A stretch of 64,000 nt of DNA, taken from positions 1 to 64,000 of the forward strand of contig JAGGYF010000021.1 of assembly GCA_021162685.1 (NCBI GenBank), read 5' to 3'. Source of the stretch: Candidatus Iainarchaeum sp. GTDB lineage: Archaea; B1Sed10-29; WALL01. Position numbers and translations under genes: made by a program. Shown here in pieces: positions 1 through 8,450 of the stretch. How positions within the stretch are numbered: position 1 is the first letter of the stretch; every line of letters starts with the position of its first letter. The notes beneath the pieces were generated by a model. It had not been told where the DNA came from. It made no database searches and worked only from the letters and a program-made list of their open reading frames with translations.

Positions 1-13
1 CTCCCAGTGGGTT

Positions 14-495
14 GTTCAAGAAACAGCCTTTATGGAGAAAGAACTGTAACTAAAGTTTCTCTTTTCATTCCATCACCTCAATATATGTTCAAGAAACAGC
101 CTTTATGGAGAAAGAACTGTAACCGCTGTTCAAAACTTTTCTTACTTTCATTTCACCACCTGTTCAAGAAACAGCCTTTATGGAGAAAGAACTGTAACTG
201 TAATTCTCTCTCTTTCAACCTTTTCAGTTTCTACTGTTCAAGAAACAGCCTTTATGGAGAAAGAACTGTAACTATATTTTATCCATTTCTTTACCTTTTC
301 TTCGTAAGGTTCAAGAAACAGCCTTTATGGAGAAAGAACTGTAACCTCAATTTCGCACCACCGATTATATTATGTTCAAACTAGTTCAAGAAACAGCCTT
401 TATGGAGAAAGAACTGTAACAATTCGGATTTGTAATCCATCATCTCTACCAACTCCATGTTCAAGAAACAGCCTTTATGGAGAAAGAACTATAGT
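14..495 (+). CRISPR. CRISPR array (trailer end): 7 repeats GTTCAAGAAACAGCCTTTATGGAGAAAGAACTGTAAC (37 bp), 6 complete spacers of 36-38 bp
   Basis: Identical repeats start at 14, 87, 162, 236, 309, 384. The last copy at 459 is degenerate at its 3' end (..AACTATAGT), which marks the trailer, so the leader lies left of the window. Confidence 0.98.
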
Positions 496-569
496 ATAAG
501 GCAATAGTAGGAGCTTAGTAAGTAAAAGAGGAATGGAAGGGTATTTAAGTTCAAAAAAACAATAAAAGT

Positions 570-1793
570 ATGGTGTTTCGAATGGGAACTAGAAAGGAGG
601 TAAATGGAGTGAATGTTTTGGTATTACCTGTAGGGTATAGTAAGGGATTTATGCCCTTCTTATTGAGGGAATTGAACCCAATGGTTTGCCATTACATTGT
701 AACTGTCGAAAGTTATAGTGGATTTGAACCTATTATGCAGTCTTTTCCAAACATACAATTTAAGAAACATGTTATTGAAGATCCAAAAGATGTTGGAAGA
801 GTAGCTAAAGATATTTTTAGAATAGTGAAGAACATAAAAAATGATGAAAGTGGAAAAATTGTTGTGGATATTACCGGCAGTACAAAACCTATGACTGCAA
901 GTTTGCTTCTCACCGCCTCGTTGCTAAACATAGGCGCGACATATGTTGATGTAAAGTATGACAAGGATAAGAAACCCATACCTGGAACAGAGAGATTGAT
1001 CAGTGTGGATCCTGTATTGAAGACCTCTGGTTACAGTTTATTGAATACGTTAGATGTTTTGTATACTCATTGGGAATATTTGAGTTGCTTTGAAGTGAGT
1101 GAGGGGACCGTCATTGGTGATATATTCAATACATTATTTTTGGGGCTTAGCGAAATAGAATTATTCAACTACCAAAAAGCAAAGGAAGATCTCAGACGGA
1201 GTATTGTTAGATTGGAGAGAATAAGCAAAATAAACTCGCAGCTACAATTAGAGGAAGAACTTGAATGGATTAGTTCATTAATTGATAGGCTACCCCAAAA
1301 AAATGGAGTAGATCAAAAAAACATACAGTGGTTATATATAAATATGGAGAGAAAGGCGAGAAGAGGGATGTATGACGATGCCATACTCAGGGCGTACAGA
1401 TGCCTAGAAATGATTATACAGCTTAGACTAAAAAAATATGGGATAGAAAACACATCTAATGTGCCGATCTCTAAATTACCAGAAGAGTTTAGAAGAAGGT
1501 ATGGCGATGAAACAACCAAACTTACTGCTATGAAAGGATTGGAAGTGTTATATCTGTTCGGAGACTCTTTAGGAAGAAGGTTTTACGAAGAGTTCAGAGA
1601 GGGATCTGTGATTATGAATATCCGGAACTACTCTTACTTAGCACATGGTTGTAATCCAATAGACGGAAAGAAGTACAGCAAAGTAAAAGGAAAAATTGAA
1701 GAGATTATGAAAGAAGCAGGAATAACCATACCCGATGAGAATGAAATCAATTATAGTAAACCTATAAATTTTATGAAATTCATGTGGCTATAA
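570..1793 (+). CDS. CRISPR-associated CARF-HEPN protein (TIGR02710/Csm6-Csx1-like)
   Basis: N-terminal CARF motifs (LPVGYS, DITGSTKPMT) and C-terminal HEPN-type RNYSYLAHG; adjacent to the array. Confidence 0.85.
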   Translation: MVFRMGTRKEVNGVNVLVLPVGYSKGFMPFLLRELNPMVCHYIVTVESYSGFEPIMQSFPNIQFKKHVIEDPKDVGRVAKDIFRIVKNIKNDESGKIVVDITGSTKPMTASLLLTASLLNIGATYVDVKYDKDKKPIPGTERLISVDPVLKTSGYSLLNTLDVLYTHWEYLSCFEVSEGTVIGDIFNTLFLGLSEIELFNYQKAKEDLRRSIVRLERISKINSQLQLEEELEWISSLIDRLPQKNGVDQKNIQWLYINMERKARRGMYDDAILRAYRCLEMIIQLRLKKYGIENTSNVPISKLPEEFRRRYGDETTKLTAMKGLEVLYLFGDSLGRRFYEEFREGSVIMNIRNYSYLAHGCNPIDGKKYSKVKGKIEEIMKEAGITIPDENEINYSKPINFMKFMWL

Positions 1794-1969
1794 TCACTTC
1801 CCTTTAAAGAGGCAGATACGTCTCTCCTTTGCAATTTCGCAGGCAAGGAAGGCAGGTGCAAGGCTTTACTCAAAAGGAGAGCTGAGATAGTTTTTAGGCA
1901 CCATGAGAGAGGGGTTGATGAGTGAAACAGACCGGCTCAAGATAATTGTACAGATTTGGAGGTTGTTGA

Positions 1970-2302
1970 ATGACGATAAAACTGAGTAGAAAAGAAAAAC
2001 AGTTAATCAAAGAGGGAGAGAGGATACTAGAGAAAGAAGAACAAAAGAAAATTGAGAAGATGTCGCCAGAGGAGAGGAAGGAGTATGAGGAGTACAAGAA
2101 GCTGTATGAGAAGATTGACAAGTACAGATGGGCAATAACAAATGCTGAGACAGATGAGGAAGCGAAGAGGATATATGAGGAGGCACAGAGGTACATTGAT
2201 TCGCTTCCAGAGAGAATGCTGAAGAAGTACAGCGCGTTGCTGGGGACTGTTATGGCGCACTACCTGAAAAGGGATCCCGGGTTCAAGGACATAGAGTTTT
2301 AG
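1970..2302 (+). CDS. hypothetical charged helical protein
   Basis: 110-aa ORF preceded by GGAGG, with coding-like codon use. Confidence 0.7.
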   Translation: MTIKLSRKEKQLIKEGERILEKEEQKKIEKMSPEERKEYEEYKKLYEKIDKYRWAITNAETDEEAKRIYEEAQRYIDSLPERMLKKYSALLGTVMAHYLKRDPGFKDIEF

Positions 2303-2361
2303 TTTCTGCTGAAATTGCGGTGCTGGGAAGGACATTGAGAAGGAGATTAGGTAGCTTTTAT

Positions 2362-2452
2362 AGGTAACTTTGTTGATAAGAATGGTAAAGTATTTATATT
2401 ACTTCTTTTATAAGGATAGTTATCAAAAAGGTAACTTTGTTGATAAAAATGG
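2362..2452. promoter_or_regulatory. 24-bp direct repeat plus 27-bp imperfect palindrome upstream of the AbiEi gene (putative operator)
   Basis: AGGTAACTTTGTTGATAARAATGG at 2362-2385 and 2429-2452; TTATCAA..TTGATAA dyad at 2420-2446; TATA-like TTTATA between the copies. Confidence 0.6.
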
Positions 2453-3258
2453 AAAAAAGAAGTTTAGGCAAGGAAGGGACAAAACTTATATCTGCCCTCG
2501 AAAGAAGAGGCGCACTAGTTGTGACTATACCCGATGTGTGCAGAATCACGGGCTGGAGCAGGGACAAAGCAAAGATTCTTATGCACAAGCTGAGCAGGAA
2601 GGGGTGGTTTGAGCGTATTGAAAGAGGCAAGTACCTGTACATCCCCATCCGGGCTATTGAAGGAAAGTGGGCTGAGTACCCCTGGCTCATAGTGCCTAAC
2701 CTAGTAGAGGACTACTACATCTCATACATCACAGCCATGAGCTTCTGGGGGTTCACGGAGCAGATTCCCGTTACGGTCTACGTCGCAACAACAAAGCAGA
2801 AGAAGGAGATCGAGTTCCAGAACTATGTATACAAGTTCGTCAAGCTCGCGCCTTATAAGTTCTTCGGCTGGCAGGAAATAGAGCTCAAGGGAGGGTACAC
2901 ATTAAACATGGCATCAAAGGAAAAAACAATAGTGGACTGCTTTGACAAGCCTAAGTACTGCCTAGGGATAGATGAATGTGCCAAGGCTCTCTACAATGCG
3001 CGCAGACAGATCAGCACTAGAAAGCTCACTGATTACGCGTTGCGTATGAGAAATAAAACGCTTGTAAAACGCTTGGGTTATGTGATGGATCTTCTTGGGA
3101 TGGATGTGCCCAAGAAGCTTGAGAAGCTTGTGAGAAACGACAAAAAGTATGTGCCACTTGACCCTCTCGGCAAAGCCAAGGGCTCAACTGACAAGAAGTG
3201 GAAGATAATTAAGAATATGGAAGAAGAATACTTACTTAGCTTTCTGGAGGGCTTCTAA
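2449..3258 (+). CDS. AbiEi-family (type IV TA) antitoxin / wHTH regulator
   Basis: wHTH (LSRKGWFERIERGKY), YISYITAMSFWGFTEQIP, EKTIVDCFDKP, KRLGY motifs; ATG at 2449 preferred over TTG at 2437. Confidence 0.85.
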   Translation: MEKRSLGKEGTKLISALERRGALVVTIPDVCRITGWSRDKAKILMHKLSRKGWFERIERGKYLYIPIRAIEGKWAEYPWLIVPNLVEDYYISYITAMSFWGFTEQIPVTVYVATTKQKKEIEFQNYVYKFVKLAPYKFFGWQEIELKGGYTLNMASKEKTIVDCFDKPKYCLGIDECAKALYNARRQISTRKLTDYALRMRNKTLVKRLGYVMDLLGMDVPKKLEKLVRNDKKYVPLDPLGKAKGSTDKKWKIIKNMEEEYLLSFLEGF

Positions 3259-3299
3259 CTTTGGTCGTATTCCGAACTGGTGCCTAACCGACCTTGTGG

Positions 3300-3347
3300 T
3301 GTAGTGCCTATAAAACATGAAAAACTTTAAATACTATAGGCACTACA
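3300..3347. promoter_or_regulatory. perfect 13-bp inverted repeat flanking the TATA box of the Fic gene
   Basis: TGTAGTGCCTATA (3300-3312) and TATAGGCACTACA (3335-3347) bracket TTTAAATA (3326-3333). Confidence 0.7.
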
Positions 3348-3355
3348 ATATAACC

Positions 3356-4273
3356 ATGAAAAGTAAAGGCTACATAAGGAAGAAAAGGAACGCACAAGGA
3401 TTTGAGTACTTTGAACTCGTGAAGTCAGTGCGCGTGAAAGGAAAGGTGAAGCAGAAGATTGTAAAGTACCTAGGAGGATTTGCAGAGGCCTCAAAATATG
3501 CAAGGAAACACGGACTCAAAATGCCCAAGTCAGATGAGGCAAGGCTTGATGCAGAGATAGAGGAGCTCAGGAAAGAACTCAGAAAGAAGCGCATGCCGAA
3601 GTCAGTAAAGGAGAGGCTGAAAGATGAGCTCATTAAGGACTGGATCTACAACTCAAACTCTATTGAAGGGAACCCACTGACCTATGAGCAGACCGTAACA
3701 TACCTTGAGACCGGCATACCTGCGGGGAGAAAGTCAAAGAGATGGTACAAGGAGGTAGACAACCACCTGAACGCGATTGAGTACGCATTTGAGCTCGCAA
3801 AGAAGAAAAAGATTGAGGAGAGGGACATACTCACAATACAGGCTCTGCTAACAACAGGAACCATCGAGCCTGAGGCAGTCGGGAAGTACAGAAAAGGATC
3901 GGTGCGCGTGAGGACAGACCCTTCGCAGAGCTTTCCAAACGCAGCAAAGGTTCCATCGCTCATGAGCAACCTTGTGTGGTTCATACAGAAGAACCCTGAA
4001 AAGCTTGCGCCAGTGGAACATGCTGCGCTTGCGCACCTGAAGCTTGTGCAGATACATCCATTCAGGGACGGGAACGGAAGGACTGCAAGAATACTCACAA
4101 ACATCATGCTCATGCAGAACGGCTACCTGCCTGTTGTGATAAGGAAGAGGGACAGACCCAAGTATTTCAAACTCATAAAGAGGTTCCAGAAAAAGGGGGA
4201 GTGGCAGCCGTTCGCGCACTACATCAAGAAGCTTCTGAAGAAGGAGTATGAGTTCTATCTTGCGAACACATAG
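3356..4273 (+). CDS. Fic-domain protein (AMPylase) with N-terminal IS1634-like beta-sheet module
   Basis: Canonical HPFRDGNGRTAR motif and inhibitory-type SNSIEGN motif; N-terminus YFELVKSVRVKGKVKQKIVKYLG; start moved to ATG 3356, downstream of the TATA box. Confidence 0.9.
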   Translation: MKSKGYIRKKRNAQGFEYFELVKSVRVKGKVKQKIVKYLGGFAEASKYARKHGLKMPKSDEARLDAEIEELRKELRKKRMPKSVKERLKDELIKDWIYNSNSIEGNPLTYEQTVTYLETGIPAGRKSKRWYKEVDNHLNAIEYAFELAKKKKIEERDILTIQALLTTGTIEPEAVGKYRKGSVRVRTDPSQSFPNAAKVPSLMSNLVWFIQKNPEKLAPVEHAALAHLKLVQIHPFRDGNGRTARILTNIMLMQNGYLPVVIRKRDRPKYFKLIKRFQKKGEWQPFAHYIKKLLKKEYEFYLANT

Positions 4274-4278
4274 CGGGT

Positions 4279-4521
4279 TTAGACCCTTCTCACCATTACG
4301 TCGCTTCCCTCGTTGTACATGTCGACAAGACCCTCATGCTTCAAAAACAGGCATGTTATCAGAATGCGGATTATGTTGTTCACCGGGTGCTTGTCGCTGT
4401 CCTGCGCGGTGTCCTCGGAGACACCCTCCTCACTGAGCCACTTGTACGCGAGCTTCCGCATGTCCCTTATGGATCTCCAGTCAAGCTTCCTGAAGTCCTC
4501 GAGGTACTTCTCATAGGTCAT
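4279..4521 (-). CDS. small hypothetical protein
   Basis: 80-aa ORF with same codon style as the flanking island genes. Confidence 0.55.
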   Translation of the reverse strand: MTYEKYLEDFRKLDWRSIRDMRKLAYKWLSEEGVSEDTAQDSDKHPVNNIIRILITCLFLKHEGLVDMYNEGSDVMVRRV

Positions 4522-4566
4522 TGGTTATGTTTATGGAGAGGGAAGTTTAAGTGGGTTTTGGGGGTA

Positions 4567-5310
4567 TCAGCACGTCACGGGGGCGGAGGTAACCCTCTCT
4601 CCGTATATTATAACAGTTCCACTATGTTGCCCAAAGTTTTCGATTTGACAGGCGGCCTGCTCACCAGAATTAAGATCATGAGGCGGACAGAACCCCAGCC
4701 TCTCATTGTTGTTACCAACGACTTTAAGGGATCCCGCTTTGATCTTGATCCCAGGAGGAGAGGTATTCGCTACCATTATTGTAGAATTGCATGGCTGGGT
4801 TGCACAACACAAAATAGCATACGCTGAAATAGTTGCCGATGTCTTTTCTGCGGGGTACTTCACCGCAAGGCTTGAATCTTGCTCATTCTCTAGAGCATAG
4901 TCTTTTAAAGTCCCATTACAGTATTCATATGCTGACGACCCGAGCCTCATCCAATTAGTTAGAGACAACCCGTACGGAAGTAAGCAAACCATATCTGACT
5001 CTCGCAGCGAAGTGTTAACCTGCACATACACCTTACATCTATCCCCCTCACGCCCAATTACCTCAAAATACTCTGTCTCGTATCTGTCCCCTGTGCTCAA
5101 TTTTGCTTTTTTGCAATTGATTAACTGATTAGAAAAACAAGTTATATTGCTACCACAATCGATTATTTGTACGGAGTTGGAACATAACGACCGATCATTA
5201 ACCCATCTTCCATCGGCACATTGGTAGGTATTTGGTCCAGAAATAAGGTTTAGACAACCCGTTGTTATTATTAACAGGGTCACTAATGGGATAACAAGTG
5301 TCCTACTCAT
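4567..5310 (-). CDS. Cys-rich secreted lipoprotein
   Basis: Lipobox-like TTGC after hydrophobic signal; GGTGA RBS; many Cys. Confidence 0.7.
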   Translation of the reverse strand: MSRTLVIPLVTLLIITTGCLNLISGPNTYQCADGRWVNDRSLCSNSVQIIDCGSNITCFSNQLINCKKAKLSTGDRYETEYFEVIGREGDRCKVYVQVNTSLRESDMVCLLPYGLSLTNWMRLGSSAYEYCNGTLKDYALENEQDSSLAVKYPAEKTSATISAYAILCCATQPCNSTIMVANTSPPGIKIKAGSLKVVGNNNERLGFCPPHDLNSGEQAACQIENFGQHSGTVIIYGERVTSAPVTC

Positions 5311-5621
5311 ATTCTCACCTTTTCATATTTTTGACTTTAGTTTATATAAACATTAGCTCATTAGGTTAAAGGCTCCTACAGAACTGCTTTCTAGACCTGC
5401 TCTAATAATTATCAGGAAAATTTGAAATTTCTCACAACACTTAAAGGGAGACCACAACTTTATTTAGTCCCACGTGTAGCTTGCACAAAAAAATTAAGCG
5501 AAAGAATAGCTATTGGCAACGAGAAAATTATAGGAGGAGGTGAAAAAACATGACCATCTCAAAGTTGATCGGCTTGATTCTTTCACTAGTTAGCTATTGC
5601 TGTGATTAAGATATTGTTGTT

Positions 5622-6104
5622 CTAGTGCTTCCGGTGTTCCTTTATCCACCTTTTTTCAGCAAACCAGCCGGCAATTGCTCCAATAATCATAGCAATTACA
5701 AAATGACAAATTCCAGCTATGATATAAAACGTAGCTCCAAATAATGCAAACAATGTTGGCATAGTGTTGGTCATAGTACCGCTTTCGGTTAGTTGGGGTT
5801 GAGATAAAATCGCGCCTACAATCAAAGATAATAGAGCTGTAACCAATCCTGACGTTATTGAAAATGTAAACCCATATGATACACCCAAAACAACCCCTTC
5901 GCCTTTACATAATCTCTTTCTAAAAGGATACACTAACAACAAGGGTCCTACAATATCCCAAGCAAAAGTAAATACAAGAAAGAAAAATATGGCAAGTCCG
6001 CCAATCAGTGGGATTAGTCCAAAAAAAGTTGTTGCCATTGAATGAAAAATACCTATACATATGCCACCGATCAACCCTATCCCCACAACCTTTAACAAAT
6101 GCAT
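5622..6104 (-). CDS. Gly-rich multi-pass membrane protein (DUF5518-like)
   Basis: About 4 hydrophobic helices; GGAGG RBS. Confidence 0.7.
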   Translation of the reverse strand: MHLLKVVGIGLIGGICIGIFHSMATTFFGLIPLIGGLAIFFFLVFTFAWDIVGPLLLVYPFRKRLCKGEGVVLGVSYGFTFSITSGLVTALLSLIVGAILSQPQLTESGTMTNTMPTLFALFGATFYIIAGICHFVIAMIIGAIAGWFAEKRWIKEHRKH

Positions 6105-6119
6105 GTTTGTCCCTCCTAT

Positions 6120-7289
6120 TTAAGTATTAAATTTTATTATAATTTGTTGCTTATCCAGCAGTCCATTGTGGAATTGAAGTTCTAATGGTGTGGTCTCATC
6201 AAGTATTTCAAAGACTAAGCTTCCCTCTTCTTCATCTCCTGGTTTTATGCTATATATCCTATCACTAAGCCAACTATTGTGAGTATATTGATACCCTCTG
6301 TCCACAATTAACTTTGCATATCTATAGTGTAGTGGAAAGTTCGTTTCTCTTACTCCATTATTTTTGGCTACTATGTTTATTATCACAAATTTATAACCCT
6401 CATCAGGTTCAAATAAAGAAATTTGTTTAGTGATTCTGGGTTCTTCGAATATTATCGTGATATTTCCTATTGTGATTTGTTCACCAGCATTTGCAATAAT
6501 TGGTGGTGGTGAAATAACAGGTGGCGGTGAAATTTCAAACACATAATAATTTGTATTGTTATCATTTACTGCAGTGTTGCCATTTTCATCAGTCGAAACT
6601 ATCTTAAACTTATATGTTCCTGGATCTAGTTCTTCGATGGTGATTGTATGTGTTGTAGTCATAGAAGGATCGTATACTTCTCTGTTTGGATAAAATGCTC
6701 GCCAGAATACCACCTTGCTATCTGCTGGCTCATCAGATAACCATTCTATAGTTACTGAATCTTGAGTAATGTTTACTACTCTCACATTCGAAATCTTGGG
6801 TGGCTGAAGATCCAATTCTGGGGATGGAGGCATTTTTATTCTGATTGTTTTCTTTACAAACCCTTCCCTAAAACATATAGTAATTTCAGTAGGTGCTTCA
6901 TCTTCAGGTATCTCAAAACTTATCATGACCTTTTTCTCTTCCTTTGGTTTAAATTTAGTATATCTTATTAATGGTTCAATGACCTCATAATCGTAGAGAG
7001 ATCCTCTGTCTGTCTTCAGCTTTAGTTCAGAAAAAGAAGGGAAATGTTCCTCTTCTGTCCCATTATTTTTTACATCTACACTAACTACTACAAGTTTATA
7101 ACCTGAAGTGGCAATGTTGTTATTAAATTCTTGTGCAAAACCAAACGAATTGAATACTAATATAAAATTATCAACGTGTACCTCTTCACGAAATTCAACA
7201 AAACCCTTTTGAGTTTTCTCTGTTGCTATATCTGTTATACACCCACTAATCAAAAATATCAACATTAAAATTAAAAGAACCCTCGTCAT
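6120..7289 (-). CDS. lipoprotein with two DUF4352-like Ig domains flanking an FN3 domain
   Basis: ISGC lipobox; repeated GYK.V.....KNNG...D.G..Y...FEI units; central FN3 (VTIEWLSDEPADS..PGTYKFKI). Confidence 0.75.
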   Translation of the reverse strand: MTRVLLILMLIFLISGCITDIATEKTQKGFVEFREEVHVDNFILVFNSFGFAQEFNNNIATSGYKLVVVSVDVKNNGTEEEHFPSFSELKLKTDRGSLYDYEVIEPLIRYTKFKPKEEKKVMISFEIPEDEAPTEITICFREGFVKKTIRIKMPPSPELDLQPPKISNVRVVNITQDSVTIEWLSDEPADSKVVFWRAFYPNREVYDPSMTTTHTITIEELDPGTYKFKIVSTDENGNTAVNDNNTNYYVFEISPPPVISPPPIIANAGEQITIGNITIIFEEPRITKQISLFEPDEGYKFVIINIVAKNNGVRETNFPLHYRYAKLIVDRGYQYTHNSWLSDRIYSIKPGDEEEGSLVFEILDETTPLELQFHNGLLDKQQIIIKFNT

Positions 7290-7383
7290 GTTGTATTTTA
7301 TGAGTCAAATAGAAATATATGTTTTTCGTCGAAATGTTTTAAAATATTTAATGATTGTTGTAGTTTACATCTAGTCATACCTG

Positions 7384-7728
7384 CTACCCGCACCTTGAAA
7401 TTGCCATTGCTTTCTTCTTTGCTTCCTCTTCTAACTCAGAAGCATACTGATAACAAATCCTCTGATCTAATTCTAGCAATTTCTGGACTACTTCATTTTC
7501 TTTGTTTAGTATGTAAAGCTGCGCCCTTCCTACTTTTCTTGTTTTTTTTATCAATCCGTTCCTAGCAAGTTCGTCAAAAATCTTCCTTATAGTCACTCTT
7601 GACATGCCTATCTCTCTACAAACGTCTGCCATTGAATAATCAAAAATATCATTCTCAATAAAGAAATCCAGCACCCTTAACTGCGACGTTTTACCCAAAA
7701 GTTCTAACAACAATGACATTCGCACCAC
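7384..7728 (-). CDS. winged-helix DNA-binding protein
   Basis: FDYSMADVCREIGMSRVT HTH followed by wing TRKVGRAQLY. Confidence 0.8.
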   Translation of the reverse strand: MVRMSLLLELLGKTSQLRVLDFFIENDIFDYSMADVCREIGMSRVTIRKIFDELARNGLIKKTRKVGRAQLYILNKENEVVQKLLELDQRICYQYASELEEEAKKKAMAISRCG

Positions 7729-7894
7729 ATCCTCTATCCAACCCCATCCTTATTTGCTATAGGACTTATGTTATGCATATGTATAATGCATAGACTATAT
7801 GGTTATTTTTAGTATCATTTAGTATATAAAACGTTAACATTAAATGTTTAGCAACGAAACGAATATATATATAAGTTTGAGTGTAAATTTGGGC

Positions 7895-8200
7895 ATGAAG
7901 TCTAATAAGAAGGACAGACCTTCTCCCAAAAAACTCCGCGCGTGGGTGATAAGAAAGCTTTTTCGACAAGGGTACATTGGTAGGCGACATTGTGGGATAG
8001 ATGACATACTAAGGCCATTACGGCATGATGAAAGGTCTCGGAGAATTGTCAAAGACAAGATAATCCCAGAGTTATTGAAGGAAGAAATGCTCCTTTCTCC
8101 ACATAAAGACAGATATTCCATAAACCCACGAAAGATGGGAGAGGTGAAAATAGTACTCAAAAAATATTTTCCAGAATTAATAAATGGGATAATGGAGTGA
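7895..8200 (+). CDS. hypothetical wHTH-like protein, divergent from the preceding regulator
   Basis: ORF 7844-8200; ATG 7895 lies downstream of a TATA-rich tract; ends with YSINP wing-like motif. Confidence 0.6.
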   Translation: MKSNKKDRPSPKKLRAWVIRKLFRQGYIGRRHCGIDDILRPLRHDERSRRIVKDKIIPELLKEEMLLSPHKDRYSINPRKMGEVKIVLKKYFPELINGIME

Positions 8201-8450
8201 ACAACACGTGGGTAAATAAAAGGCTTGAGCATAAAAAACTGCAGAAGCTAGAAAGGATATTGGGTCAAGTTTGTGAGTTTGCATTTTATCTACCTCCTGA
8301 GCCCCAGGATTTCTTCGCAGGCCTATGGCTCTGCCAACGCTGGGGCTCACCAATACTACGAAAAGTTCATCCACCAATAACGTTACACTACTCATAGACG
8401 CAAAGTATTTAATAGCATAAATGCGATAAGGAGCATGTAAAGGTGGTCTT

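Noticed and set aside
7-384. 125-aa ORF with repeated peptides
   Set aside because: It is a translation of the CRISPR array
1800-1965. Open fragment LCNFAGKEGRCKALLKRR..GVDE* at the GC-content step after the CARF gene
   Set aside because: No start codon and too short to call; at most a gene remnant at an island junction
3356-3480. IS1634 transposase or IS element
   Set aside because: Only the N-terminal motif is present; there is no DDE domain, terminal repeat or target duplication
5532-5606. Strong GGAGGAGGTGA RBS followed by an 18-codon hydrophobic ORF
   Set aside because: Likely a truncated remnant; no support for function
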